A stretch of DNA of 64,000 nucleotides, from positions 1 to 64,000 of the forward strand of contig JAEOTM010000076.1 of the NCBI GenBank assembly GCA_016839815.1, written 5' to 3'. Every line of letters begins with the position of its first letter. Position 1 is the first letter of the stretch. The notes below the pieces were generated by a model, which saw only the letters and a program-made list of their open reading frames with translations, was not told the DNA's origin and did no database searches. This document shows positions 28,662 through 37,714 of this stretch, in pieces. The translations under genes were made by a program, and so were the position numbers. This stretch comes from Candidatus Hodarchaeota archaeon. GTDB taxonomy: Archaea > Asgardarchaeota > Heimdallarchaeia > Hodarchaeales > Hodarchaeaceae.

Positions 28662-29378
28662 TTGTCAACTGCTTCGTTGCTGTTTATTATTCTTGGAATT
28701 AGCATAATAATACTAGAATTGGTAATTATTAGAAAAAATTATATCAGTACTAATTCCAAAGTTGTAAGCAAAAAATATTATTTTTTACCAATAACTACAG
28801 TTATTAATGTAGGTATAGTTCTCCTAGGATTAATATTAGGTGTATCTATTGATTCTCCTTATGCAACCGCCATCTTATTAGGGATGAGTATTGGTCTTCT
28901 CGGTGATATAAACAATGTGTCAATTAATGACAATACACAAGCGTTTGTTGTTGGGAGTTTTATCTTCATTGTAAGTTATTTATTTTATACGATAGCCCTT
29001 CTTTATACAAGTGGAGGATTTTTTCTTCCGTTGGACATTTTAATACTCAGTGGTGCTCTTCTCCTCTATACATTATCCCTAAAATCAAACTGGGATGCTA
29101 CTTATATTCATCAAATGGGTAAATTTCGCGTAATAACCTGTTTTTATCCAATTATGCTTTTATATCTCTTATCACGAGCTATTATTAATTGGTTTGGAAG
29201 CATATTGCCTTTAGTAAGTGTGATTATACTTACATCAGGATTATTCCTTATTTTTATTACAGATATTGAATTCTCCATGAATAAGTTCTTCAAACCCATG
29301 GACAGGATGATTGGTCCGATACTATATCCTCTTGGACAGTTAGCAATTGCTTTATCCACTATTGTTTTACCGATATAA
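28662..29378 (+). CDS. YhhN/TMEM86 (lysoplasmalogenase-like) membrane protein
   Basis: About 8 TMs; LLGD, F..G...F, G.FL..ITD, Y..GQ..IA.S motifs. Confidence 0.6.
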   Translation: MSTASLLFIILGISIIILELVIIRKNYISTNSKVVSKKYYFLPITTVINVGIVLLGLILGVSIDSPYATAILLGMSIGLLGDINNVSINDNTQAFVVGSFIFIVSYLFYTIALLYTSGGFFLPLDILILSGALLLYTLSLKSNWDATYIHQMGKFRVITCFYPIMLLYLLSRAIINWFGSILPLVSVIILTSGLFLIFITDIEFSMNKFFKPMDRMIGPILYPLGQLAIALSTIVLPI

Positions 29379-29407
29379 CGGAAAAATATCCTCATTCCTT
29401 ACAGTGA

Positions 29408-30232
29408 TTAAAAAGGGCGCGGAGGTAATTGATCCTTTATTCCTTCATAGAGCTGGGAATTAATTTTATTCAACAAGGTCTCTAGGTAGGGTTTAATATC
29501 ATTATTGTAGAAGAAACGACACATTAACAGAAAGTCAGTATTTTCTCCAATTCGTTTAATAATCCATCCCTCACGATCCATTTCTTCTAATTCATCAGAT
29601 TCAGTTCGTATGGCTTCTAACCATAAGTCTTTTCCAGAAGGAATAATAGGTATAAACGACTGAAAAATTGCCCGTTCATTCGGATTATTTTTACCAAAGT
29701 TCTTAATTATTCCTTCATCCAGATCTGCTATATATAGACTAAGAAACCGCATACCCATCATATTTTTTGCTTCAAAACGGTTGATTTCAGCAGTAATTGA
29801 ATCCGAGAGGGAATCTGGAAAATGTTGGGAAAACTGAATAATTGTTTTCATTCGTTTCTGTTCATTGGCTGGGATAACGCTTAGTTTAGAGAAATTTGAA
29901 TCAATTATTGTTGATAAAAAAACGTTCAAATTTTTGTCTATTGCATCAATTTTAGCTTTTGTATAGCCTACATTATCATAAATATCCTGTAGTACGATAT
30001 AGGCTATTGGTATGGTGTTTTCTTCCTTCGGATTGTACATAACTAACTGAAATTCAGCTAGATGAACGCTACGTAAGGATCCTTCGCCTGCAAATTCTCT
30101 AGAAAATGCTGTCAATGCACTTACTAATGGCCAGAGGAGAGTTGGATCTATTTTCAATTTAATATCCTTATTCACAAAGATTTCGTGGCCTATCCCAGTT
30201 TCAATGTTACAAATAGCAAAAAGATGAATCAT
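29408..30232 (-). CDS. Longin-like domain protein (possibly tandem)
   Basis: MI..F.I....G...(beta-beta) then DPTLL..LVSAL..FSREF....LRSV, as in longin-like domains of Asgard archaea; the second half repeats a beta-beta-alpha pattern. Confidence 0.6.
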   Translation of the reverse strand: MIHLFAICNIETGIGHEIFVNKDIKLKIDPTLLWPLVSALTAFSREFAGEGSLRSVHLAEFQLVMYNPKEENTIPIAYIVLQDIYDNVGYTKAKIDAIDKNLNVFLSTIIDSNFSKLSVIPANEQKRMKTIIQFSQHFPDSLSDSITAEINRFEAKNMMGMRFLSLYIADLDEGIIKNFGKNNPNERAIFQSFIPIIPSGKDLWLEAIRTESDELEEMDREGWIIKRIGENTDFLLMCRFFYNNDIKPYLETLLNKINSQLYEGIKDQLPPRPF

Positions 30233-30368
30233 TTCAAATTTTCACACACTACTTCTTCCTTTTATAGGACTATTGTATGAGTGATGAATCATAATGTATA
30301 TTAGTATGATATAAAACAATACTATACCGTATTATCGTATATCGTACAAATATTTAAACGGGTTCACG

Positions 30369-30830
30369 ATGAATGAAAAAGAAATGAAAGACTTTAGTGC
30401 TAAGTTGATGCAAGAATCAAAGACGGCATGCTTCACAACAATTGATAAAAACGGGTACCCTCATACGAGGGCTGTATTTAATCTTAGAAATAAAGAACAG
30501 TTTCCAGAGCTTGTTAAAATTTTTGATGCTCATAAAGAAGACCTCTTAATTTATATCTCTACAAATACTTCATCATCAAAAGTAGCACACATCCAAAGTA
30601 ATACAGCTGTTTCTCTCTGTATTAGTGATCCTGAAAACTTCAGAGGACTCACACTGGGAGGAGCCATTGAAATTGTGACAGATAAAAACATAAAGAGTGC
30701 GCTATGGCTTGATTGGTGGGATAGATATTATCCGAAAGGCAAAGAAGATGAAGACTATACTATCCTGAAGTTGATTCCGAAAACTGTTGAGGTTTGGTAC
30801 AAAGGTAAGTTTAAATTTCAATTTACGTGA
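30369..30830 (+). CDS. Pyridoxamine 5'-phosphate oxidase-like FMN-binding protein
   Basis: TTID..GYPHTR, STNTSS.KV..I..N, W...W..YYP.G..D.DY. Confidence 0.85.
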   Translation: MNEKEMKDFSAKLMQESKTACFTTIDKNGYPHTRAVFNLRNKEQFPELVKIFDAHKEDLLIYISTNTSSSKVAHIQSNTAVSLCISDPENFRGLTLGGAIEIVTDKNIKSALWLDWWDRYYPKGKEDEDYTILKLIPKTVEVWYKGKFKFQFT

Positions 30831-31294
30831 AGTGTATGAGTTCTATGAAAGACCAGCGTGCTGCTGGTTATTTAATTGCTAAAATTCACCAACGTAGTGG
30901 ACGGATCTTTACAAAAAAACTAAAGACTCACCAAATCCAAGATATTAATCCTGCTCAAGGAAGGATACTATTTGCCCTATGGAAACAAGATGGTTTATCC
31001 ATAATAGAACTTGCAAAAGAAACTGGACTTAGTAAATCAACTTTGACATCTATGCTGGATCGTCTGGAATCCTCCGATCATATTAAACGAATTCATTCAA
31101 CAGAAGATAGAAGGAAAATACTTGTTTACATAACAGATAAAAATAAATCCCTCCAATCAAAATATGTGCAGGTTTCTCAAGAGATGACTGAAATTTATTA
31201 TGAGAATTTTACAGAAAAGGAGCGAGATCAGCTTGAAAGCTATTTAGGACGTCTGCTTGATAATCTAGTGAAAGAAGAAAATCAAGATCTATGA
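30827..31294 (+). CDS. MarR-family transcriptional regulator
   Basis: QGRILF.LW, ELA..TGL.KSTLTSMLDRLE, DRR...V..T; GTGA overlap with upstream gene. Confidence 0.9.
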   Translation: MKCMSSMKDQRAAGYLIAKIHQRSGRIFTKKLKTHQIQDINPAQGRILFALWKQDGLSIIELAKETGLSKSTLTSMLDRLESSDHIKRIHSTEDRRKILVYITDKNKSLQSKYVQVSQEMTEIYYENFTEKERDQLESYLGRLLDNLVKEENQDL

Positions 31295-31869
31295 GTCGAA
31301 GATCCACACTTCGGACAGTATCGCTCATTAAATTCAATGATTGCTCCACAAGTTGAACAAAAAAGTTCTGTATTCTGATAGCTATCCCTAATTGGTGAAC
31401 GCAAATCTCCAAGCGACTGTTGAAATACTTCTCGTTCTTTTTGAATAGCTCTTGATCTTCTTGGCTTTGTAAACCGAAATGTAACCAAATATATCCCTAC
31501 GAAGATGATAGGAATAAGAATGAACATTGGTACAAAGACCCAGAATATTATACTAAAACTCTGTGAATCACCAATAAACATGAAAAGAAACGCCAGAATA
31601 AAAAGGAAAAAACCAATAAAGATCGCAACAAAAATTAGTGGGAAAACTATCCCAATCCTGTTTGAGGTTGCCTGTCTTTTTTCCTCGGCTTCATAATAAC
31701 AATTCGGACAAAGTACCGTTTTTGGAGAAAAAATATCTGGCCTTTGAATTCGGGTTCTATTGGCACGAAGTATCTTCTTACACTCTAAGCAAATATAAAT
31801 GGAACAATTTTCGCATTTGTCAACAGCATTTCGATTAGGATGATAACTGCAAGAAAATTCGGAGCTCAT
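31282..31869 (-). CDS. Zinc-finger membrane protein (B-box-like N-terminus, 2 TM, C-terminal zinc ribbon)
   Basis: CSYH...CENC...CLEC...CPNC; two TMs; CSTCG...CPKCG. Confidence 0.8.
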   Translation of the reverse strand: MSSEFSCSYHPNRNAVDKCENCSIYICLECKKILRANRTRIQRPDIFSPKTVLCPNCYYEAEEKRQATSNRIGIVFPLIFVAIFIGFFLFILAFLFMFIGDSQSFSIIFWVFVPMFILIPIIFVGIYLVTFRFTKPRRSRAIQKEREVFQQSLGDLRSPIRDSYQNTELFCSTCGAIIEFNERYCPKCGSSTHRS

Positions 31870-31933
31870 ATCTTCTCAGGGGTCTAGTCTTATTCTTAAC
31901 GAAAAAGCTTTCTGAACTGGATTTTCGAAAGAA

Positions 31934-32527
31934 TTATGCGAAACATTCTTTCTTGGAGTTCCTTTTCAATGCACCAAAAAAGGCCAGAGATAATAGGAAA
32001 GGCCAGACTTCGATATTTGTGATTTGGTTATTTGTTATTGTGGTTTCATTTAGTGTAAAAGTATAATTTATTGTTACGTTTTCCAATCCCCCAATAATAT
32101 GAATTCTAATTGTTTCTGAATCTGCCTTATGGAACTCTTGATATTTCCACGCAAGGGGAACAAGGTTAAATTCCAATGTTTCCCATAAAAGAGCCTCACA
32201 TGAATCATTGTTTGCATCATGACTTAGAAGAACGTAAGTTTGAGCAGGAGAGGATGCTAAATACTCATTGGATCCAATTAGACGAAAAATATGATCCTCA
32301 CATCCTCCCCCATACGTGATGTTAATCGTTAGGATGTCACCATCAAGAAAAAGACTCATAATAGTGAAAGAGTCTCTTGGTGCTGATTGATAGAGAGAAT
32401 TATCCAAGAGAATATCGGTTGCATCTTGATTTATTGAGAAAGTGGATTTGTATCCTCCGACCATTATTAGATTTGTCATAATCATACATAGTAAAAGAAA
32501 AGTTGTTTTCTCACAAGGTATCCGCAT
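31934..32527 (-). CDS. Exported NigD-C-like protein with C-terminal anchor (paralogue of 33209..33685)
   Basis: SLYQSAPRDS, YGGGCEDH.FRLI, HDANNDSCEA, FNL.PL. ORF-track start 32752 overlaps the GNAT gene, so ATG 32527 was chosen. Confidence 0.7.
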   Translation of the reverse strand: MRIPCEKTTFLLLCMIMTNLIMVGGYKSTFSINQDATDILLDNSLYQSAPRDSFTIMSLFLDGDILTINITYGGGCEDHIFRLIGSNEYLASSPAQTYVLLSHDANNDSCEALLWETLEFNLVPLAWKYQEFHKADSETIRIHIIGGLENVTINYTFTLNETTITNNQITNIEVWPFLLSLAFFGALKRNSKKECFA

Positions 32528-32635
32528 CTCATTACCCTTCTTAATTCTCATGAGGGGGATTAGTTCGATAGTATAAAAAGTTTCAAGAGAAATCGAAAAA
32601 GCAAATTCCTCGATCAAGTCTGATGGGAAAAAACG

Positions 32636-33178
32636 ATGATGATTGGAGAAAAAGAAGGAGTAGTTCTTCGGTATGCGGAAAAGAAAGATTTTCCAGAGAT
32701 AGATGAAATTACGGTTGTATGCTATTCTGAAATTTACGAGAGCTTTGTACAAAGAGTAGGCGAAGAAGTGTTTAAAGGAATATATTTTAACCCCGAGCTA
32801 CCTTGGCCTGAAAGCAAAACAACTCAAAATCACAAATTGTATTCAGAACATCCAGAATGGATATGGGTATTGGAGAATCAAGAGGGAGTTTTTGGATATG
32901 TTTCTTTTATACTAAGACCAGAAAAAAACTATGGTATAATTGAGAACAATGGGATTCTTCCTTCATACACAGGTGAAGGTTGGGGAAAATATATGTACAG
33001 ACATGTACTTAAATTCTTCCGATCGTCTGGTCTCAGATTTGCACTTGTCGAGACGGGTTTAGATGATGCACATATTCCCGCTCGTCGGGCATATGAGGGA
33101 GTAGGGTTTGATCATCAGGATCGCATTACAGTTTATTACCAGGATTTAGATATGAATAATCCAGGATCAGAGATTTAA
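32636..33178 (+). CDS. GNAT-family N-acetyltransferase
   Basis: Motif A variant P.YTGEGWG, PARRAYE.VGF. Confidence 0.85.
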   Translation: MMIGEKEGVVLRYAEKKDFPEIDEITVVCYSEIYESFVQRVGEEVFKGIYFNPELPWPESKTTQNHKLYSEHPEWIWVLENQEGVFGYVSFILRPEKNYGIIENNGILPSYTGEGWGKYMYRHVLKFFRSSGLRFALVETGLDDAHIPARRAYEGVGFDHQDRITVYYQDLDMNNPGSEI

Positions 33179-33208
33179 ATATTAAAAATCAATGTAATCT
33201 CGCTTATC

Positions 33209-33685
33209 TTAGAATGAGAAGTCGATTCCTATATAATCTGTCCCACCTTCGATCCTCAGATGGATCGTCGCTGAAGTCTCCCTATATAGTTCCTGATATC
33301 GCTCTTTTAACGGATTTAAATTAAAGCTGAACAATTCGGTGAAAAATGCTTCGCACATATCGTCATTTGATTCATGACTGAATAAGACGGGTGTTTGGAC
33401 AGGATAAGACTCTAACCATGAATCAGAGGCAATTAATCGAAATAAATGATCTTTACATCCTCCACCATAAGAGACATTAATTACTATTTTCTTCCCTATA
33501 ATCGAGACATCATTAATTAAAACACTGTCACGAGGAGCAGATTGATATAAGGAATTGTTTACGATAATATCCTCACTTTCTAGAAAAAATACAGGATTCA
33601 TTATAAATGCTCCAACAACAATCAAACCCAGAAGTCCCACGGTGATAAAAGACCCTATTACTAGCTTCAGTGAAATTGACATCAA
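33209..33685 (-). CDS. N-terminally anchored NigD-C-like protein (paralogue of 31934..32527)
   Basis: N-terminal TM; SLYQSAPRDS, YGGGCKDH.FRLI, HESNDDMCEA, FNL.PL. Confidence 0.7.
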   Translation of the reverse strand: MMSISLKLVIGSFITVGLLGLIVVGAFIMNPVFFLESEDIIVNNSLYQSAPRDSVLINDVSIIGKKIVINVSYGGGCKDHLFRLIASDSWLESYPVQTPVLFSHESNDDMCEAFFTELFSFNLNPLKERYQELYRETSATIHLRIEGGTDYIGIDFSF

Positions 33686-33824
33686 AATATCTCCATATTT
33701 TTGAGAAGAGTCATTTTTAGAGATTCTCTTCAGGAATACCTAGAAGTGTAAATGCAATAAGTGCTTATTTGTGTAGGAAAGAACACTAGCAATAGTCCTC
33801 CCCAACACTTAAGCTAAACGTAGA

Positions 33825-34958
33825 TTATTTTAATTTTGTATAGAGCTGGGAAGCTCTATCTTTGTAATTCTGAACCGCGGGTTGGTCAAATGGATTAGAT
33901 CCTTTTAATTGGCATAATCTAATTGTTAACGCATGAAAAAAACCCACACATTTAGCTGTTTCTGCAACGGTATTTTTTTCTAGTTCTATCTGAAATACTG
34001 GCCCAGGAAAAGTATCAGCAACGGCCTTAGAGGTGATATTCAAATGTTGTCCTGCCTTCGCCTTTATTCCAGGTACAATTTTCCCTAGTTTTTTTGGAAA
34101 GTCTTCCTCCACTAGATCGTTGAGATATTCGCTGCAGAATATTGAAAAGAGAAAAGAATCGTTAATCCCACCATACCATCGTTGTACATCTGAATGAGCA
34201 CTTCGAGGCATTAGATGTAATGATGTATCTAAAGCATCACTAGAATGTTTTGGGACAGATTCATTCAAGAGTTGTGTTAATAAAATTCCTAAACCATTAG
34301 TATAATGACCAGAAGGAAGAATCTTGGCCTTAGAAATGCCCGATTGTTCTAAATTCCAAATCTTAATAGCTGCTTCTTCTGCCGAGGAACCTTTCTTAAA
34401 AAATTTCCCATAACTCTTCTTTAAATTCGATAAGAATTCATCTGGATCGAGCCCCATTGCAATCATTGGAACAACACCTAATTCATTCTGGATTGCGAAT
34501 CGACCTGAAATATCATGAGTAACAGAGACGATGGACCACCCGAACTGGTTTGCGACTTCCAATAAGGCTCCACCGTTGGTAACAACAAGAGAATCATAAT
34601 CCATAAGATAAGGAATAAAACTTAGTACTTCATTTGTCGTGCCTGAACGTGAGCAATATATAACACGAGTATCTTTGATGTCCTGTTTCAGAAAATCATT
34701 CAAGATATAAGGATCTGGAACTTCCAGATGTGTAGTAGGAAAGGAGCAATGTGGTTTGAATATTAAGGGTTGAACTTGAGAACCACCAATACCAACTATT
34801 CCCAGGTGTTTATATTCACCCAATACACTTGGAACGCTTGTTTTTAGTTGTTTAGCTCGTGAAATAAACTCATTCATTTTTTTAACAAAGTCAGGAATAA
34901 GAAATGAGTCCATCTCTGATGGAGGTTCATTAAAGTTTTCTGGAACGACAATTTTCAT
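33825..34958 (-). CDS. pgi: Glucose-6-phosphate isomerase (compact, divergent)
   Basis: GIGGS, SRSGTT.E, ISGRF, QL..ES, HS..Q, NPFDQP.V...K motifs all present. Confidence 0.75.
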   Translation of the reverse strand: MKIVVPENFNEPPSEMDSFLIPDFVKKMNEFISRAKQLKTSVPSVLGEYKHLGIVGIGGSQVQPLIFKPHCSFPTTHLEVPDPYILNDFLKQDIKDTRVIYCSRSGTTNEVLSFIPYLMDYDSLVVTNGGALLEVANQFGWSIVSVTHDISGRFAIQNELGVVPMIAMGLDPDEFLSNLKKSYGKFFKKGSSAEEAAIKIWNLEQSGISKAKILPSGHYTNGLGILLTQLLNESVPKHSSDALDTSLHLMPRSAHSDVQRWYGGINDSFLFSIFCSEYLNDLVEEDFPKKLGKIVPGIKAKAGQHLNITSKAVADTFPGPVFQIELEKNTVAETAKCVGFFHALTIRLCQLKGSNPFDQPAVQNYKDRASQLYTKLK

Positions 34959-35063
34959 AGAATTTCACCTTTCTTAGTAGAAGGGGTCTCACGATACTTT
35001 CAAGTCATGACCTAGTAGGTTTGAAAGAAAGAGACAATAAAAAATCTATCTGTTAAGATAGTC

Positions 35064-35657
35064 TCATTTAATCTTCTTGAAGTAACGTTCCCGAATAATC
35101 ACAATAATTACTATCAGAAATGTACCCACTACAGTTATCAGGACTAAGTATCGCATAAATGTTCCGGTAGGATCAATAAATGGTGATTCATAAGAAAATC
35201 CTGCCTCTTTCCAAGCATTGAAACCTCCTAACATGTTAAATACCATTGTATAATTCAAATCGACTAAGGAAAGTGAAGCAATGACGGATCTTGTCCCCGA
35301 TCTACAGTAAACTAGAATGGGACGCGATTTATTATCTGGAAGTTCATTTTGTCTCGAAAGTATTTCAGTATGAGGAATCAACGTCGCATTTGGTATATGG
35401 CCACTCGAATATTCATCTTGGGTCCTCACATCAAGTATAAAGAGACTGGTCGTATTTTCTATTAGATTGCGCGCTTCAGTTACCGAAACATCGGTATAGC
35501 CGTTAGATAACTTGGCTTGAGACGTAAAAAAATTCATTGAACCATAAGAAAGGAATGAAAAGAACATTAGGGATATAAGAAGGTAGTTTTTCTTTGTTAA
35601 CATCAAGTTCAATCCTGAATGTATAGATTTTTGAAAGAAATTAAATCTGATTATCAT
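35064..35657 (-). CDS. Exported rhodanese-domain protein with C-terminal TM
   Basis: LDVRT..EY..GHIP.A, active loop CRSGTRS, GGF.AW; N-terminal signal, C-terminal TM + basic tail. Confidence 0.85.
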   Translation of the reverse strand: MIIRFNFFQKSIHSGLNLMLTKKNYLLISLMFFSFLSYGSMNFFTSQAKLSNGYTDVSVTEARNLIENTTSLFILDVRTQDEYSSGHIPNATLIPHTEILSRQNELPDNKSRPILVYCRSGTRSVIASLSLVDLNYTMVFNMLGGFNAWKEAGFSYESPFIDPTGTFMRYLVLITVVGTFLIVIIVIIRERYFKKIK

Positions 35658-35698
35658 TTTTTAGCATTGTGTTGGGAAAGGTAACACTTAAACGGAGA

Positions 35699-36715
35699 TT
35701 ATCCTTCTAGATTTAATTTTATAGCATTCTCAGGACAGATTTCAACACAACGATTACAATAATAGCATTCACCTTTATTACTATCAGCCGATGCTTCTTG
35801 AGTTGGACAAATCTGTTCACAAAGTCCACAATCTGTACAATCGTCAGTTCTTATGTAATTATTCTTTGCATATCGACTACAAATATCTGAACCTGCTCCA
35901 AATGGGCAAAAAATTCTACAATACGGCCGATAAATAAAGAAACTCGCAATTCCTACAACTACAAGACCGAGGAATGAAATTAATACGAATCCAGTTACAG
36001 AAGGTCGGAGAACAGAAAAACCAGAGAATGGATCCAAGAGTGCGAGGCTATTGAGGAAGTTAATCCCGAAAATAGCAAAGACAAATAGAAATCCAGTGTA
36101 ATATATCCGCATCCAAACGGTATATTGCCGTGAGAGCTCAATATGATACTTATTAGCTCTTTGTGCTTTTATGTTTGATTTAAAATTAAACATAGATAGT
36201 AATTCCTGAAACGTACCTAGAGGACAGGCAAATCCACAAAAAACCCTTCCAACAAGGAGAGATGAGCCAAATAAAATTGTGAGAATTGCTAAAACTGGAA
36301 GAAGATACCATAAATCTTCTTTTTCAGCTATTGCTGTAAGAATCTCTGAAAAAGGAATGAGTGTATTGGGAATAGAAACCAATAACATTCCCCCTATTAT
36401 CAGAGTTACGAAATAGATAATCTTTGCAGTTTTCTGGGACATTAATTCTGCATCAAGTAATATAATACAAAAAATATAGGTAATTAACCACAAGAAAAGC
36501 ATAAAGACTCCTGAAATCGCTCCATAAGTGTCAAAGGGAAGGGGATTTGTTTGAAATGATCTATTAATGGTGCCAAAACCAATTTGTTCAATAATTTCCA
36601 TACTTATTCCAGCTAGTTGGTCGTTAATCGGTTTTACATTTGGATTGGATAAGGAACTACTTATTTTTATCTCTGGGAAAATAGAAATGATTGGAAATAT
36701 GAAGAGATTCTCCAT
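35699..36715 (-). CDS. NapH/MauN-like membrane 4Fe-4S protein
   Basis: GRVFCGFACPLG, RPYCRIFCPFG, CTDCGLCEQICP, CYYCNRCVEICP. Confidence 0.85.
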   Translation of the reverse strand: MENLFIFPIISIFPEIKISSSLSNPNVKPINDQLAGISMEIIEQIGFGTINRSFQTNPLPFDTYGAISGVFMLFLWLITYIFCIILLDAELMSQKTAKIIYFVTLIIGGMLLVSIPNTLIPFSEILTAIAEKEDLWYLLPVLAILTILFGSSLLVGRVFCGFACPLGTFQELLSMFNFKSNIKAQRANKYHIELSRQYTVWMRIYYTGFLFVFAIFGINFLNSLALLDPFSGFSVLRPSVTGFVLISFLGLVVVGIASFFIYRPYCRIFCPFGAGSDICSRYAKNNYIRTDDCTDCGLCEQICPTQEASADSNKGECYYCNRCVEICPENAIKLNLEG

Positions 36716-36736
36716 ATTTCCTTAATGGATGGAGGA

Positions 36737-37585
36737 CTAAGATTTTTGTTTCGGTGCTTGGACAAGTCGCTCCCACAGAGTTGGCCAAAGTGGAATGATT
36801 AACAGGATTGTTGCTAGGATCGGGGCCATAAAGAACATAGAGAATTTATTAAAACTGAGAGAGGAGGCCAAAGCTACAGGATAACCAGCAATAACTCCTA
36901 GGAGGGATGCCCCTATTGTTAGAATTCGAACCCAATCTTTATTTGGTCTACGGAGAACTCCAATAGTTACAATGCCAAAACCAATGGCAGCTACCCAATT
37001 AACCCGTTGTAACGCTCTAAATACGGAATGTACAGTCACTATAGGATCTGGGACAGGGGGATAGGATTCTGGACTTGGCGGATATAGATACATTCGATTT
37101 GTACTGGCGATTCCATTTAAAAAGCACATAACATATGCTATTCCAGTAATTAAAGCAAATAATATTGTTATCCATGGGATATTTTGGACATATCGATTCA
37201 TTAAAAAGAATATGAACAGGTTAGGGAGAAAAATTAATCCCCATAACGGAACCAATCCCATTTGCATGGCAGGAATTGCGGGCCAGAACCCCGCAAGAAG
37301 GCATAAAGTATTTCCAACAACAGCAAACGAAACGGCCCATTTCTCATCAGTGTAAAATCCGTAAGCACTTAAGGCAAATAATATTCCACCAATAAAACTA
37401 AGGTCGAAAATATAAGGGAGAAAATCCTTTACAATGACTTCACATCCTGACTCAGCAGCAAGATTTGTCATTTCTTCTAGAATGTAAGGTTCATAGGTTA
37501 ATACAAAGAGACCTAAACCTCCTACAATCCCTACAATCGCTCCAAAAAATGAGAGGAGAAATCCTAATCGTTGATTATTATCCAT
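36737..37585 (-). CDS. Multi-pass membrane protein
   Basis: About 8 TMs; first gene of a putative operon with the 4Fe-4S protein and rhodanese. Confidence 0.75.
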   Translation of the reverse strand: MDNNQRLGFLLSFFGAIVGIVGGLGLFVLTYEPYILEEMTNLAAESGCEVIVKDFLPYIFDLSFIGGILFALSAYGFYTDEKWAVSFAVVGNTLCLLAGFWPAIPAMQMGLVPLWGLIFLPNLFIFFLMNRYVQNIPWITILFALITGIAYVMCFLNGIASTNRMYLYPPSPESYPPVPDPIVTVHSVFRALQRVNWVAAIGFGIVTIGVLRRPNKDWVRILTIGASLLGVIAGYPVALASSLSFNKFSMFFMAPILATILLIIPLWPTLWERLVQAPKQKS

Positions 37586-37600
37586 TTGAATTCTTCCATA

Positions 37601-37617
37601 ATTACGTTAATCGTAAT
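37601..37617. promoter_or_regulatory. Palindromic putative operator (ATTACG-N5-CGTAAT)
   Basis: Perfect 6-bp inverted repeat between the divergent TrmB gene and the membrane/Fe-S operon. Confidence 0.35.
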
Positions 37618-37714
37618 ATTCCGATGAAAATGTAACTCACAACAATTAGTGGTTAAATATATCTTTTATACTCAGTATTCCACAATTTTCTGTTGAAAAC
37701 TATAAAAGACCTTC

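Noticed and set aside
30295-30355. Possible MarR operator (TAGTAT...ATACTA, ATCGTA repeats) upstream of the PNPOx-MarR pair
   Set aside because: Plausible but too degenerate in AT-rich DNA to call.
31934-31960. C-terminal KKECFA as a CaaX substrate for the prenyltransferase-like cluster
   Set aside because: Cys is third, not fourth, from the end, and it sits on the tail of an exported protein. I saw no convincing CaaX protein in the window.
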